Both the position numbers and the translations under genes were made by a program. From Squalus acanthias (taxonomy: Eukaryota): a DNA stretch of 64,000 nucleotides. This document shows, in pieces, positions 24,443-38,243 of this stretch. The DNA is taken from positions 146,012,001 to 146,076,000 of the forward strand of contig CM059432.1 in assembly GCA_030390025.1 (NCBI GenBank), read 5' to 3'. How positions within the stretch are numbered: position 1 is the stretch's first letter; each line of letters begins with the position of its first letter. The notes under the pieces are model-generated. The model made no database searches. It saw only the letters and a list, made by a program, of their open reading frames with translations, and was not told the DNA's origin.

Positions 24443-27400
24443 ACATAAGAACATAAGAAATAGGAACAGGAGTCGGCTATTCGGCCCCTCGAGCCTGCTC
24501 CACCATTCAGTAAGATCATGGCTGATCTTCTACCTCAACTCCACTTTCCTGTGCTATCCCCATATCGCTTGATCCCTTAATATCCAAAAATCTATCGATC
24601 TCTGTCTTAAATATACTCAACGACTGAGCCTCCACAGCCCTCTAAGGTACAGAATTCCAAAGATTCACCACCCTCTGAGTGAAGAAATTTCTCCTCATCT
24701 CAGTCCTAAATGGGCTTCCCCTTATTCTGAGACTGTGACCCCTGGTTCTAGACTCCCCAGCCAGGGGAAACATCCTCCCTGCATCTACCCTGTCAAGCCC
24801 TGTAAGAATTTTGTATGTTTCAATGAGATCATCTCTCATTCTTCTAAACTCTAGAGAATATAGGCCTTGTCTACTCAATCTCCCCTCATAGGACAATCTC
24901 CCCATCCCAGGAATCAGTCTGGTGAACCTTCATTGCACTCCCTCTATGGCAAGTATATCCTTCCTTAGGTAAGAAGACCAAAACTGGACACAATACTCCA
25001 GGTGCGGTCTCACCAGGGCCCTATATAATTGCAGTAAGACATCTTTACTCTTATACTCAAATCCTCTTGTAATAAAGGCCAACATACCATTTGCTTTCCT
25101 AATTGCTTGCTGTACCTGCATGTTACATTTCAGTGACTCGTGTACAAGGACACCCAGGTCCCTCTGAACACCAACATTTCCCAATCTCTCACCATTTAAA
25201 AAATACTCTACCTTTCTATTTTTCCTACCAAAGTGGATAACTTCACATTTTTCCACATTATATTCCATTTGCCATGTACTTGCCCACTCACTTAGCCTGT
25301 CTATATCCCCTTGAAGCCTCTTTGCATCCTCTTTACTACTTACATTCCCACCTAGCTTTGTATCATCAGCAAACTTGGATATATTACATTTGGTCCCCTC
25401 ATCCAAATCATTGATATAGATTGTGAATAGCTGAGGCCCAAGCACTGATCCTTGCGGTACCCCACTAGTTACAGCCTGCAAACCTGAAAATGACCCGTTT
25501 ATTCCTACTCTCTGTTTTCTATCCGTTAACCAATCCTCAATCCATGCTAGTATATTACCCCCAATCCCATGAGCCCTAATTTTGTTTAATAACCTCTGGT
25601 GTGGCACCTTATCAAATGCCTTCTGAAAATCCAAATACACCACATCCACTGGTTCCCCTTATCTATTCTGCTAGTTACAATCTCAGAAAACTCTAACAGA
25701 TTTGTCAAACACGATTTCCCTTTCATAAATCCATGTTGACTCTGCCCAATCCTATTATTATTTTCTAAGTGCCCTGTTACCACTTCCTTAATAATAGATT
25801 CTAGCATTTTCCCTACTACTGATGTCAGGCTAACTGGTCTGCAGTTCCCCGTTTTCTCCCTCCTTCTTTCTTAAATAGTGGGGTTACATTTGCTACCTTC
25901 CAATCTGCGGGAATCGTTCTAGAATCAATGGAATTTTGGAAGATGACAAACAATGCATCCACTATCTCTATAGCCACCTCTTTTAAATCCCTAGGATGTA
26001 GGCCATCAGGTCCAGGGGATTTATCGGCTTTCAGTTCCATTAATTTCTCCAGTACTACTTTTTTTACTAATACTGATTTCTTTCAGTTCCTCATTCATGC
26101 TAGACCCTTGGTTCTCCACTATTTCCGGGAAGTTTTTTGCATCTTCTTCTGTGAAGACAGACACAAAGTATTTGTTTAATTTTGCTGCCATTTCCTTATT
26201 CCCTATTATAATTTCTCCTGTCTCAGCCTGTAAGGGACCCACATTTACTTTTGCTAATCTTTTCCTTTTTACATATCTATAGAAGCTTTTACAATTTTTT
26301 TTATGTCTCTTGCTAGTTTACTCTCATATTTTATTTTCCCTTTCTTTATCAATTTCTTGGTCCTCCTTTGCTGAATTCTAAATCCTCCCAATCCTCAGGC
26401 TTACTACACTTTTTGGCAACATTATAAGCCTCCTTCTTTGATCTAATACTATCTTTAACTTCTCTTGTTAGCCACGGTTGGACCACTTTTCCTGTGGGGT
26501 TTTTGTGTCTTAAAGAAATGTATATTTGTTGTAAATTATTCTTTAATTCTTTAAATGCTAGCCATTGCTTCTCTACCATCATACCTTTTAATGTAGTTTC
26601 CCAATCTACCTTAGCCAACTCGCCCCTCATACCTACGTGGTTTGCTTTGTTTAGATTTAAGACCCTAGTTTCGGATTTAACTAAATCACTTTCAAACTCA
26701 ATTTAAAATTCTATCATATTGTGGTCACTCTTCCCTAAAGGCCCCTTTACTACAAGGTTATTAATTAACCCTTTCTCATTGCACAATACTAGATCTAAAA
26801 TAATCTGTTCCCTAGTTGGTTCCTCAACATACTGGTCTAGAAAACTATCTTGTATACATTCCATGAATTCATCCTCCACACTATTACTGCAAATTTGGTT
26901 TGCCCAGTCTATATGTAGATTAAAGTCCCCCATGATTATTGTATTACCCTTGTTACATGCGCCTCTAATTTCCTGATTTATACTCTGCCCTACATTACAA
27001 CCACTGTTTTGGAGCCTATAAACAAATCCCACCAATGTTTTCTGCTGCTTGCTATTTCTTAGCTCCACCCAAAACTGATTCTACATCTTGATTTTCGGAG
27101 CTAAGATCTTTTCTCTCTACTGTCTGTATCCCATCCTTTATTGCCAGGGCTACCCCTCCTCCTTTTTCCATTTTGCCTATCTCTTTTAAAAGTTATGTAT
27201 CCTGGAATATTTAATTCCCAATCTTGACCACTTTGCAACCACGGCTCCGTAATGGCTCTTAATTTCTATCTGCGCTATTAATTCTTCTATTTTGTTGCAA
27301 ATCTTCACGCATTCAGATATAGTGCCTTTAGCTTTGACTTTTTCTATTTTTCCCTGATGTCTCTGTAGTCACTGATGCCTTATTACCTTTGTTACTCTCT

Positions 27401-29757
27401 CTGTCCCTTCCTGAACCACTCTGCTTTTTTTACCCAAAACTCTACTCTGCTCTAGAGTCTTGACATTTCTCTTGCTGCTTTTAAATTTACTTTTTCCTAA
27501 ATCCTCCCACCACCACCACCCCTTCATTAGTTTAAAGCCTTCTCTACTGCCCTAGTTATTCGATTTGCCAGGACACTGGTCCCAGCCCGGTATAAGTGGA
27601 GCCCGTCCCATTGGAACAGCTCCCTCTTTCCCCAGTAATGGTGCCAGTGCCCCATGAATTGAAACCCCTTTGTCCCACACCACGCTTTGAGCCACGCATT
27701 TAAACCTCTAGGGGGAAAATTTCAGTTGGTTGCGCCTCCCGTTAGCGCCTTAAGAGGGCGCTAATGGGGCACAAAGCATCTAGCACCCAGGCGCGGCGAA
27801 GTTTGCGCCGCTCGCAAAATTAACTAGACATTTTGCGGCGGCGCTAAACACTACCACCACGATCTCCTGCGCCGGCAGATCATGACGTCACTCGAGTGCG
27901 CAACGCCCCGGTATCGCCCCGGAGCGGATATTGAGTGGCGCCCCCTGCCTTACCGCCTGACGCTAGCAACGACAGATTGAGAGGAGCGTTCTGCAGTCAT
28001 GAAGGGAAAGGGGGAGCGCTATTTAAAGGTGACCGCTTCCTGCCTTTTATTGTTGGTGCCATTTTTGAACTATGCATTCTGAGAGAGAGAGGGAGAGACT
28101 TCTGGAGAGATTCAACGTTGTGTGAAGGAGTTTTGGGTACTGAGCAGCACTTTGCAGGTTCATTTTGATTTGCCATTCCTTGTATCGATTTAGCAGAGAC
28201 TGTGGGGGCTGCACTCTGAGCTCTTTGCCTGGTACTCTCCATTGTTCTTTCCAGCACATTTGATGTGCAAGTCTCTCCAGGCCGAGATTCAAGGCTGCAA
28301 TGAGCAGGATGTGGATGGAAAGCAAGATTAACCATCCCCTTTAAGAACTGGCCCATGCCATTGTGTGTGTGTTCCATTGCTGACTGACATTACATGAGCT
28401 TCGCCAGCGCTCTGAGGTAGCGCCTCACTCCTCGGCCTTTGCGCCTTAAGACAGGTGTGAAGCGCCTTATATAGCGCTGCAATCACCTCCAGGGGCGATA
28501 AAAGTCAAGTTTGCAGTCGGTGGCGATAATTAGCGCCAGGCGCTAATTTTTGCGCCCGGCCGATAATTGCGCCCCAAATGGGGCGATACTGAATTTCTCC
28601 CCCCTAATCTGTTTGTCCCTATGCCAATTTGCACGTGGCTCAAGTACAATCCAAACCTTTGAGGTTCTGCTTTTTAATTTGGATCCTAGCTCCTCAAACT
28701 CCCTCAGCAGAACCTCATTCCTAGTTCTACCTATGTTGTTGGTTCCTACGTGGATCACGACAACTGGATCCTCCCCCTCCCACTCCAAGTTCTTCTCCAG
28801 GCTCGCGGAGATATCCTTAACCCTGGCACTGGGCAGGCAACACAACCTTCGGTACTCCCTGACGCAGCTGCAGAGAACAGTATCTATCCCCCTGACCATA
28901 CTGTTGCCTACCACTACCACATTCCTTTTTACTCCCCCCCATTTGAATGGCCTCCTGTACCATGGTGCCGTGGTCAGTTTGCCCATCCTCCCTGCAGTCC
29001 TTGTTCTCATCCATACAGGCAGCAAGTACCTTTTGGACAAGGTCAAGGGCTGAGGCTCCTCCATCACTACATCCTGGGTCCCCATACCTTCCTGACTCGC
29101 AGTCACACCCTCCTGACCCTGACCGTTGACTAACTCTAAAGTACTGTTTTACCTAAGGGGTGTGACTGCCTCCTAGAACAAAGTGTCCAGGTAACTCTCT
29201 CCTTCCCTGATGCATCGCAATGTCTGCAGCTCGGACTCCAGCTCAACAATTCTGAGCCGAAGTTCCTCGAGCTGCAGGCACTTACTGCAGATGTGGTTGT
29301 TCGGGATCTCATTGGTCTCCACCAACTCCCACATGCTGCAGTTACGACACACCACCTGCACTGCCATCTCTATCTAACCTTATTTTATTTATATAATTAG
29401 TTACAGTATTTATTCAAATGATTATTTTTACTTTTAATTTTTAGTTTTAATTCGTTAATTTAGTTTAAGTTATTAATTCAATAAAGTTATAGTAATTAAT
29501 ACTCTTCCAGTTCTGAATTTAATCCACTTGCCTAACCTCGAGAGCAATTGAGCTGTAATACTCACCAACCAATCACCTACCTGCTGTCCTGTGACGTCAC
29601 TCCTTGGTATTTTTGTTTTTAAGTCGCCACTCAGCTCCCTTTAAGCCGCCTCCCCTGCCGCCGCTCCCGCTCAGGTCCGTGCTGTGTTCTGGGCTTTCTC
29701 CGGTGCTCCCTCTAAGCCGCAGCCTCCCCTGCCGCCGCTCCCACTCAGGATCGCGCT
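24443..29757 (-). mobile_element. Near full-length CR1 LINE: GC-rich 5' UTR, ORF1 (Cys-rich/coiled-coil plus SGNH esterase-like), ORF2 (APE endonuclease plus RT), all disrupted
   Basis: CRNC...CSKC...ELESELQTLR; VVVGNSMVRG, IHVGTNN; MGDFN, SDHN, DFQKAFDKV, PQGSVLGP, FADD; ttcttatg tail. Confidence 0.92.
27711..28603. mobile_element. Non-autonomous derivative of the 43565-47720 Harbinger family, inserted in CR1 ORF1
   Basis: Both ends align to the ends of the autonomous element; TSD CTA; CR1 ORF1 sequence continues across the insertion. Confidence 0.9.
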
Positions 29758-30538
29758 GTTATTATATCAGGAGTTATTGGCATATCAGTTTTATTGTTTT
29801 ATTGAGGCAATGCTATAAGGAGCAGTGTGCTATAAAAAGAGTGTATTGAACCGGATTTGTGAATTTAATTAGACAGAAAGCAACATGTGTTAACTTAAAA
29901 TCATTGTATACCAGTATTAGAGTGATAGCCATGATATAGAGAGAGTACTTTAACAAGCTATTTCTATGAAATAGGAATCTCTAAGTATTGTGTTATACCA
30001 GAGGCTATGGCATATTTGAGAATGAGAGGTATATCATCCAGTCTGCATTTAATATTGTTTGTGTATGGGAAGTATTTTAATAAGGGCTACAATAGAAGCA
30101 AAAGAAAACATTTTGGTTGTAGAGCAAACTCCTACTAATTTAGAAATTTGAAGCACAATACCTAGCTTTTAATTTCAGCCCTGTCAAATAAATTTCCTGC
30201 CCTCTGGTATTTTTATTTGCCTGTATATTTTAAAAAACATCCAACGTGAAATCGCCCACAGAGTTAGTCATAGTCGCAACAATGTTCAACTGTATCTTTG
30301 CCCTTCCATGAGAGGTTTTGCTTTTTAAAAAATCCGTCATTCTCCAATCACAAATGTTACATTTTCCAAGTAAAATACTGACTCGGGGCTGTTTGCACCA
30401 GAGTGATTAGAACTAATAATTAACAATGAAGGGACATTTTCTGATGGGCAATTTTTAAGGTGTTTGTACCAAATTCCTGCCAATGTTGTTACTTTGAAAT
30501 AAATATACTAAATGGGTTTATGCCCACCTTATGCATAC

Positions 30539-30570
30539 CCACCAAAAGAATGCTCTTCAGAAATTTTTCT
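30539..30570 (-). CDS. Tentative RGS22 micro-exon (EKFLKSILLV), phase 2/1
   Basis: Strong poly-T tract with AGs at 30581 and 30571; G|gtatgc donor; would bridge the phases of 40912 and 24308. Confidence 0.25.
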
Positions 30571-30824
30571 CTAGGAGAAACTGAGAAAAAAAAAACAACT
30601 GCATTTGTTTCCGCAACAAAGTTGAGCTTTGGGCCCTTTCAATGTTTCAATTTCAGGCAGTTTCGATAAGGCCCATCTCTCACTGGGCGGAAGCGTGGCT
30701 TCACCAGTAGTCGGAAGTACTTTTTGTCTTCGGACTGAGCTACTTTCTGCTGACCAGTCATAGCCATTTATTTAGATTTACTGCTACATAATCAAGGTGC
30801 TTTACCCCTAAAGTCATGCATTCT

Positions 30825-31999
30825 GCCGACCTGTGCTCGCTGACTGACATTGGCTCCTGGTACGGCAGTGCCTTGATTATAAATTCTAGTCCTTGTTTTT
30901 AAGTCCCTCCGTGGCATCATCCCTCCCTATGTTTGTAACCTCCTCCCGCCCTATAACCCTCCAAGATCTCTGCGCTCCTTCAATTCTGGCCTCTTGCGCA
31001 TCTCTGATTTTCATCGCTCCACCATTGGTGGCAGCTGCCTCGGGCCTAAGCTCTAGAATTCCCTCCATAAACTTCTCTGCCTCTCTACCTCTCGCCTCCT
31101 TTAAGATGTTCCTTAAAACTTACCCCATTGACCAAGCTTTTGATCACCTGTCCTAACATCTCCTTATGCGGCTCAGTGTTAAATTTTGCTTGTTTAACGC
31201 TTCTGTGAAGTGCCTTCGGACGATTTACTATGTTAAAGGTATTGGCCCAGAAATTGATCTCGCTCTGTTCCCGCGGGGGTAAGGCTTCCCCGCGATCTCT
31301 CACTCCGCGTTGGCTTTTTCAGATCCAGCTCGCACGAACTTGATGTTCCAGACATCAGCTGGGCAGTGCTTGCGTATCCCACCGGCGTAGTGAATTCGTG
31401 CGAGCTGTGGGATCACGTGACTCAGTTAGAGCCAATGGCAGCACACCATCTTCCATTCATAAGTTTCACATACGTGCTGTGAAATCTATGAATCTTACAC
31501 CCCCCCAAAATAACAGCTAAACCTCAATTAAATTAAAAAAAAAACATCACATTAATAAAATAAGTATAGTTAAATAAATTAACCATTTTAAATAAAAAAT
31601 TAAATTTTTGAAAAAATGTAAAATCTTTTAAAAAGTTATAAAAATAAACTTACCTGTCTTTAAAGTCTCTAAAAAAGATATACCTGTTAAAAAAAATTCA
31701 AAAAAATACTTAATTCACTACTTACCTTGTTAAAAGTGGGTCTTACTCCTCCTTTTTCCATTTCGAAAATCTTCCGTCCTTACCTGCGCGTCCAAAGCAC
31801 GAAGTGCACAGCGTGCGCGCAGCCTGTAGCGCGCACGCGATGCACCGAGGAACCGCCTCCTTTTCAAAAGACCAAGTGCCGGTTTTCAGCGCATGCAGAA
31901 AACCAGCAATTGGAGAGAGAATACGCGAGAGTACGCAGTGCGTACTCTCGCGCAGCGGGATGAATTTTTGGCCCATTATATTAATGCAAGTTGTTGTTG
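30825..31999 (+). mobile_element. L2 LINE 3' end split by a family A MITE
   Basis: L2 RT tail homologous to 14586-15115; tail gcaagttgttgttg resumes after 31977. Confidence 0.8.
31244..31974 (-). mobile_element. Harbinger-type MITE, family A copy 2
   Basis: Reverse complement of 6689-7432; TSD ATT. Confidence 0.9.
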
Positions 32000-32226
32000 A
32001 ACACAATGGGCCTGCCAATCTGAGGATAATGTTATCAATCAAGTGCCGAAAGCTGAATTTGTTGAGTAGTTATGGATCACTTTTGACCCCCAGAAGCTTT
32101 GGGTTGTGACAAATTATTTTGGATTTCTTCACACTTTTAACTTATTTTCACAGAATAAAGGCAGTTCCCCAAAACAGACTAACTTTCCTATGAACTGAAA
32201 TTTACAACGCTATGCGCACGATATGT

Positions 32227-32697
32227 GTCAGCTGTGGCTCAGTGGGTAGCACACTCGCCTCCGAGTCAGAAGGTTGTGGGTTCAAGTCCCACTCCAGGGA
32301 TTTGAGCACATAAATCTAGGCTGACACTCCCAGTGCACTGCTGAGGGAGTGCTGCACTGTCGGAGGTACCGTCTTTCAGATGAGACATTAAACCGAGGCC
32401 CCGTCTGCTCTCTCAGGTGGATGTAAAAGATTCCATGGCACTATTTCAAAGAAGAGCAGAGGAGTTCTCCCCGGTGTCCTGGCCAATATTTATCCCTCAA
32501 CCAACATAACAAAAGCAGATTATCTGGTCATTATTGCATTGCTGTTTGTGGGAGCTTGCTGTGCGCAATTTGGCTGCCGCGTTTCCCACATAACAACAGT
32601 GACTCCACTTCAAATAGTACATCATTGGCTGTAAAGCACTTTGAGACGTCCGGTGGTCGTGAAAGGCGCTATATAAATGCAAGTCTTTCTTTCTTTC
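32227..32697 (+). mobile_element. Full-length tRNA-derived DeuSINE (SacSINE1/AmnSINE-like central domain)
   Basis: A box tggctcagtggg, B box gttcaagtcc, Deu-domain-like core (gtctttcagatgagacattaaaccgaggcccc), (tctt)n tail. Confidence 0.85.
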
Positions 32698-33062
32698 TTA
32701 ACTGTTGGTGGACACGGGCGGGTGGGGTGGGATCGGCATGTGGAGCAATCGCAGTGAGAGGCCCGAGTCATTTAAATGGTTGGGCCTCATTTAAATGGGA
32801 TTAGGGAACTGCAAGCACTGAACCAGCTCACTGATCACTGGAAGGGATGTGGGAAATCCAATGGCTCCTCTGCGGAACTTAAAGTAATTAATATTAGTAA
32901 AGAAAAAGTACTGGTGAAATTAATGGAACTAAAAACCGACAAATCATTTGGATCTGATGGCCTACATCATAGGGTTTTAAGAGATGTGGCTGCAGAGATA
33001 GTATGCATTGGTTTTGAACTTCCAGCATTCCCAAGATTCCCTAGGTCTCTCACCTTTTAAAA

Positions 33063-35880
33063 AATAGAAACATAGAAACATAGAAGATAGGAGCAGGAGT
33101 AGGCCATTCGGCCCCTCGAGCCTGCTCCACCATTCGATGAGATCATGGCTGATCATCCAAACTCAGTACCCTGTACCTGCCTTCTCCCCATATCCCTTGA
33201 TACCTTTAGCTTTAAGAAATATATCTAACTCATTCTTGAATATATTTAATGACTTGGCCTCAACTGCCTTCTGTGGTAGAGAATTCCACAGGTTCACCAC
33301 TCTCTGGGTGAAGAAATTCTTCCTCATTTCTGTCCTAAATGGCTTACCCCTTATCCTTAGATTATGACCCCTGGTTCTGGACTCTCCGACCATCGGGAAC
33401 ATTCTTCTTGCATCTAGTTTGTCCAGACCTGTCAGAATTTTATATGTTCCGATGAGATCCCCTCTCATTCTTCTATACTCCAGCGAGTATAAGCCCAATC
33501 GACCCAATCTCTCCTCATATATCATTCCTGCCATCCCAGGTATCAGCCTTGTGAATCTTCGCTGAACTCCTTCCATGGCAAGAACATCCTTCCTCAGATA
33601 AGGCGACCAAAACTGCTTTTCCATTCTTCCTACCAAAGTGGATAATTTCACACTTACCCACATTATACTCAATCTGCCACCTTCTTGCCCAAGCACTTAA
33701 CTGGTTTATATCCCTTTGCAGCCTCATTACGTCCTCCTCACAGCTTACTTTCCCACCTAGCTTTGTATCATCAGCAAACTTGGATACATTACACTTGGTC
33801 CCCTCATCTAAGTCATTAATATAAATTTTAAATAGCCGAGGCCCAAGCACTGATCTTTGCGGCACTCCACTAGTTGTACCCTGCCAGCCTAAAAATGACT
33901 CGTTTATTCCTACTTTCTGTTGCCTGTCCATTAACCAATCCTCAATCCATGCTAATGTATTACCCCAATCCCATGAGCCCTAATCTTGTGTAACAACCTA
34001 TTGTGTGGCACCTTATTGCATGCCTTCTGAAAATCCAAATATACTAGAGCCACTGGTTCCCCCTTATCTACCCTGCTAGTTAGCCCCTCAAAAAACTCTA
34101 ATAGATGTGTCAAACACGATATCCCTTTCCTAAAACCATGTTGACTCTGCCTAATCATTATGATTTTCCAAGTGACCTGTTACCACATCCTTAATAATAG
34201 ATTCTAGCATTTTGCCTGCTACTAATGTCAGGCTAACTGGCCTATAGTTCCCTGCTTTCTCTCTCCCTCCTTTCTTGAAAGCGGGTTACATTTGCTACCT
34301 TCCAATCCACGGGATTCATTCTAGAATCTAGGGAATTCTGGAAGTTCAAAACCAATGCATACTATCTCTGCAGCCACATCTCTTAAAACCCTATGATGTA
34401 GGCCATCAGATCCAAATGATTTGTCGGTTTTTAGTTCCATTAATTTCACCAGTACTTTTTCTTTACTAATATTAATTACTTTAAGTTCCTCAACCTCATT
34501 GGACCCTTGGTTCCCCACAATTCTTTGTGTCTTCTACTCTGAAGACAGACACAAAATATTTGTTTAACGTCTTTGCCATTTCCTTAGTCCCTATTATAAT
34601 TTCTCCTGTCTTTGTCTCTGAGGGACCCATGTTTACTTTTGCTAATCTGTTCTTTTTATGAATTATTTTAAAAAATATTTGCCATTGCTTGTCTACCATC
34701 ATATCTTTTAATCTAAATTTCCCAATCTTCCTCAGCCAACTAACCCCTCATACCTCCAGAATTGGTTCTGTCGAAATTTTAGACCCCAGTTTCAGACTTA
34801 AGCACTTCACTCTCAAACTTAACATGAAATGCTATCATATTATGATCACTCTTCCCCAGAGGATCCTTTACCATAAGATTACTAATTAACCCTGTCTTAT
34901 TACACAATACTAGATCTAAAATAGCCTTTCCCTAATTGGTTCTCTAACATATTGTTCTAGAAAACTGTCTTGAATGCATTCCATGAACTCGTCCTCCAAG
35001 TTTCTTTTGCCAATTTGGTTTGCCCAGTCTATAGGACGATTACCCTTGTTACATACGGGGGTATGGTAGCATAGTGGTTATGTTACTGGACTAGTAATCC
35101 AGAGGCCTAGAACACAAGTTCACAATCCCAGCACAGCAGTTGGGGAATTTAAATTCAATTAAATAATGGAATAAAAAGCTAGTATCAGTAATGGTGACCA
35201 TGAAACTACCGGATTGTTGTAAAAACCCATTTGGTTCACTTATGTCCTTTAGGGAAGGAAATCTGTTGCCCTTACCTGGTCTGGCCTACATGTGACTCCA
35301 GAACCACACTCTTGACTCTTAACTGCCCTCTGAAATGGCCAAGCAAGCCCTTCAATTGTATTCAAGAAGGCAGCTCACCACCACCTTCTCGAGGGCAATT
35401 AGGGATGGCCAATAAATGCTGGCCTTGCCGGCGACGTCCGCGTCCAATGAATAAAAAAAAATGCTGCTTTAAATTCCTGATTTATACTGTGTCCAACACT
35501 CTGATTACTGTTAGGTGGCCTATAAACTACTCCCACCAGTGTTTTCTGCCCTTTGTTATTTCTTAGCTCCATCTGATTCTACATCCTGATTTTCTGGGCT
35601 AAGATCCTTTCTCGCTATTGCCTTTATCTCATCCTTTTCCATTTTGCCTATCTTTTCTAAAAGTCAAGTGCCCTGGAATATTTAGTTCCCAAACTTTTTC
35701 ACCCTGTAACCAGTAATGGCCACTAGATCAAACCCATTTATCTCTATTTGTGCCACTAATTCATCTATGCTGTTACGGATGCTTCGTCCATTCAGATATA
35801 GCATCATTAATTTTAAATTTTTACTATTTTTCCCCTCATGTGGCGATAGTTGCTAATGTCCTATTACCATTGTTAAACTC
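33063..35880 (-). mobile_element. CR1 LINE ORF2 with internal deletions, interrupted by a SINE
   Basis: RT and endonuclease motifs in several frames; (tttctatg)n tail. Confidence 0.88.
35057..35461 (+). mobile_element. tRNA-derived SINE with LINE-shared 3' tail; partial copy at 58140-58425
   Basis: tggtagcatagtggt A box; tail gggcaattagggatgg...aataaatgctggcc matches 9553-9625. Confidence 0.75.
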
Positions 35881-36109
35881 TCTGGGCTAAAAATTCGAGT
35901 GTTTAATGACACTCGTTACCGGCATAATATGGTGAAAAAACAGCGGTTGCCGCTCTTACGGGATCTACATGGAGGTGGAAAGAGAAGCAGCAGGAGACTG
36001 TAATGGAAGCCAGACTAACCTGGCCTTGCAACCACTACCCATCCGGCAAAATGCCCATTTGCTTCTCTGTGGCTTAGTTAGGTGTTCTGTTACTCATCTG
36101 AAAACACTC

Positions 36110-36260
36110 TTACCTTTGTTAACCTAGTGAGGTCATTACAATTCTCTGATATTGCAAGGGAGTCCTTGATGTTACGGAGGTTCCACTCACAGACACAGCC
36201 ACCTCCTTCCATGTGGCCTGTGCTGCTGTATTGTGATGGCCTCAGAGAAGTAAAATGCTC
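36110..36260 (-). pseudogene. Harbinger Myb/SANT-like exon 1 remnant
   Basis: WKEVAVSVS...NDLTRLTK|gtaaga. Confidence 0.5.
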
Positions 36261-36671
36261 ACTTTTTTCCCTTCTGTTACAGCAGCCATTTCACTCTCTT
36301 TTCGAAGAGAGTACTCAGCCCTTCAACTACGTGTGCCCTTTAAATGCAGAAGTTGCGCCCTCGTTCCATTCCATCACAAATTTTCGATCACTCCTCCCCC
36401 AACCCCCCCGCTGCCCCTCCTCTGCATACATGGCCTCCTGCTGGTGAGACTCTTGCCCTTCTCCCATCAGCATTAGTTAAGTTTGCTGACCACAGGATTT
36501 CTGAAGGGGGGTCAACCTCCTCCGATTTCAGCAGGCATGTCCCACCCCACTTACGCCACTGTATCTGGAACCCATGTATTTACTGGCCATAGACTTTAAG
36601 TAGAAATTTCTTTGCTGCAGCTTTAACCTGGCCGAGCTCCACTGCTGGAATGGTACAAATGTCAGACACTT

Positions 36672-37312
36672 GGGGGAGAAATTGGGCACCTTTGTGCCTC
36701 CCGTTATCGGCTCTGGGGGGCGATAACGGGGCGCTCACCACTTACTGCCCGGGCGCGGCGAGAATATTGCCTCCCGCTAAATTTGGCGGGAGGTTTGCGG
36801 CGGCGGTATGGCATTGCGCCCCGATCTCCTTCGCCCGGAGAGCGTGAGGTCATCGCCGTGCGCACCGCCCCGGTTGAGCCCCGGACCCGAACTTCGGTTC
36901 CGCAACCCTGCAACATCGCCGGGCAGGAGGCGTTCATTGGGAGGCCGGGCGCTTCGGAGGCGATATTTAAAGGCGAGGTGGCTGAGGGAGGGAAAAAAAT
37001 AATCAAATGCTCGTTCTCTGTTTTTTTGTGCTTTTTTTTTCCACGATCAGGCCCGATCAGCTCGGCACTCTGCTGCAGTGCATCGGGCCGATCGGGCCGG
37101 ATCGGGGCTGCCGTCGGGGACCAGGTAAGTTTTGCCCTTGCACAGCCTGCAGCGATGGCCCTTCCCTTTACAGGAGGGAAGGAGCCTTCCAACGCGGCAG
37201 CGCCGCACGGCCCAATTTTTTTAAAAAGTTGAGAAACATTAGCGCCTGTTGATAATTTTTTCAACTTTTAAAAGTTAGTGCCCCAAACGGGGCTGTGATG
37301 AATTTCTCCCGC
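36672..37312. mobile_element. GC-rich Harbinger-type MITE
   Basis: GGGGGAGAAATT / AATTTCTCCCGC ends; GGCGCT-type subterminal motifs. Confidence 0.7.
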
Positions 37313-37649
37313 CTGGGATTTCTGTGGAGGTTTTTCGGATCTCCCACTGTAACCTTGGTGGAAGATGGGCAGAAACATCGGAAAAATGACGCAACTGACC
37401 AGTTAAGCCAACATCCTGCTGGTGTTACGGTGGGAGATCGGGGAATCCCCACATATATTCTACCCTAGAGCACCTAGGCTGCAACACCCATTATCCCAAG
37501 CTATCCCGAATTGGAATGTCTGAATTCTTCGGCATGTTCCAAGGTAGCATGGGACCATCCCTGCTTACCCACAGAAACATAATCCAACCACTTTAAAGTT
37601 GTACTGAAACAAAAGGCAGCAGTTGGCCCCATCTTCCACCCTCCATAAA

Positions 37650-38126
37650 CCTAAGCTCATCCAAAACTCTGCTGCCCGTTCACCCATCACCCCTGTGCTC
37701 ATGGACCGATATTGGCTCCTGGTTTGAGCAACACCTCGCTTTTAAAATTCTCATCCTTGTTTTCAAATCACTCCATGGCCTCACCCCTGCCTATCTTGGA
37801 AATCTCCTCCAGCCCGACAGCCCTCCGAGATCTCTGCGCTCCTCCAATTCTGGCCTCTTGCGCTTCTCCGATGTTAATCGCTTGACCATTGACGGCCGTG
37901 CCTTCAGCGGCCAAGGCCCTAAGCTCTGGAATTCCCTCCCTAAACCTCTCTGCCTCTTTACCTCCTCCTTTAAGAGGCTCCTTAAAACCCACCTCTTTGA
38001 CCAAGCTTTTGGTCATCTGCCCTAATATCTCCTTATGTGACTCAGTGTCAACTTTTGTTTGATAATCGCTCCTTGGGACGCTTTACTATGCTAAAGGTGC
38101 TATATAAATGTAAGTTGTTGTTGTTG
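37650..38126 (+). mobile_element. L2 LINE 3' end
   Basis: Homologous to 14586-15115; (gtt)n tail. Confidence 0.85.
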
Positions 38127-38243
38127 ACTGCCTTTCTCATAATTACATTAGAACAACACCAGTATTGAATGGACAGCAATATTTGACAATGGTCAGGATG
38201 TTTGTGATTGAATGTGATACGCTGGTCAATTAACACCTGAGAT

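Noticed and set aside
32227..32300. tRNA gene
   Set aside because: tRNA-like head continues into a SINE body and tail; repeated at 15428 and 63498.
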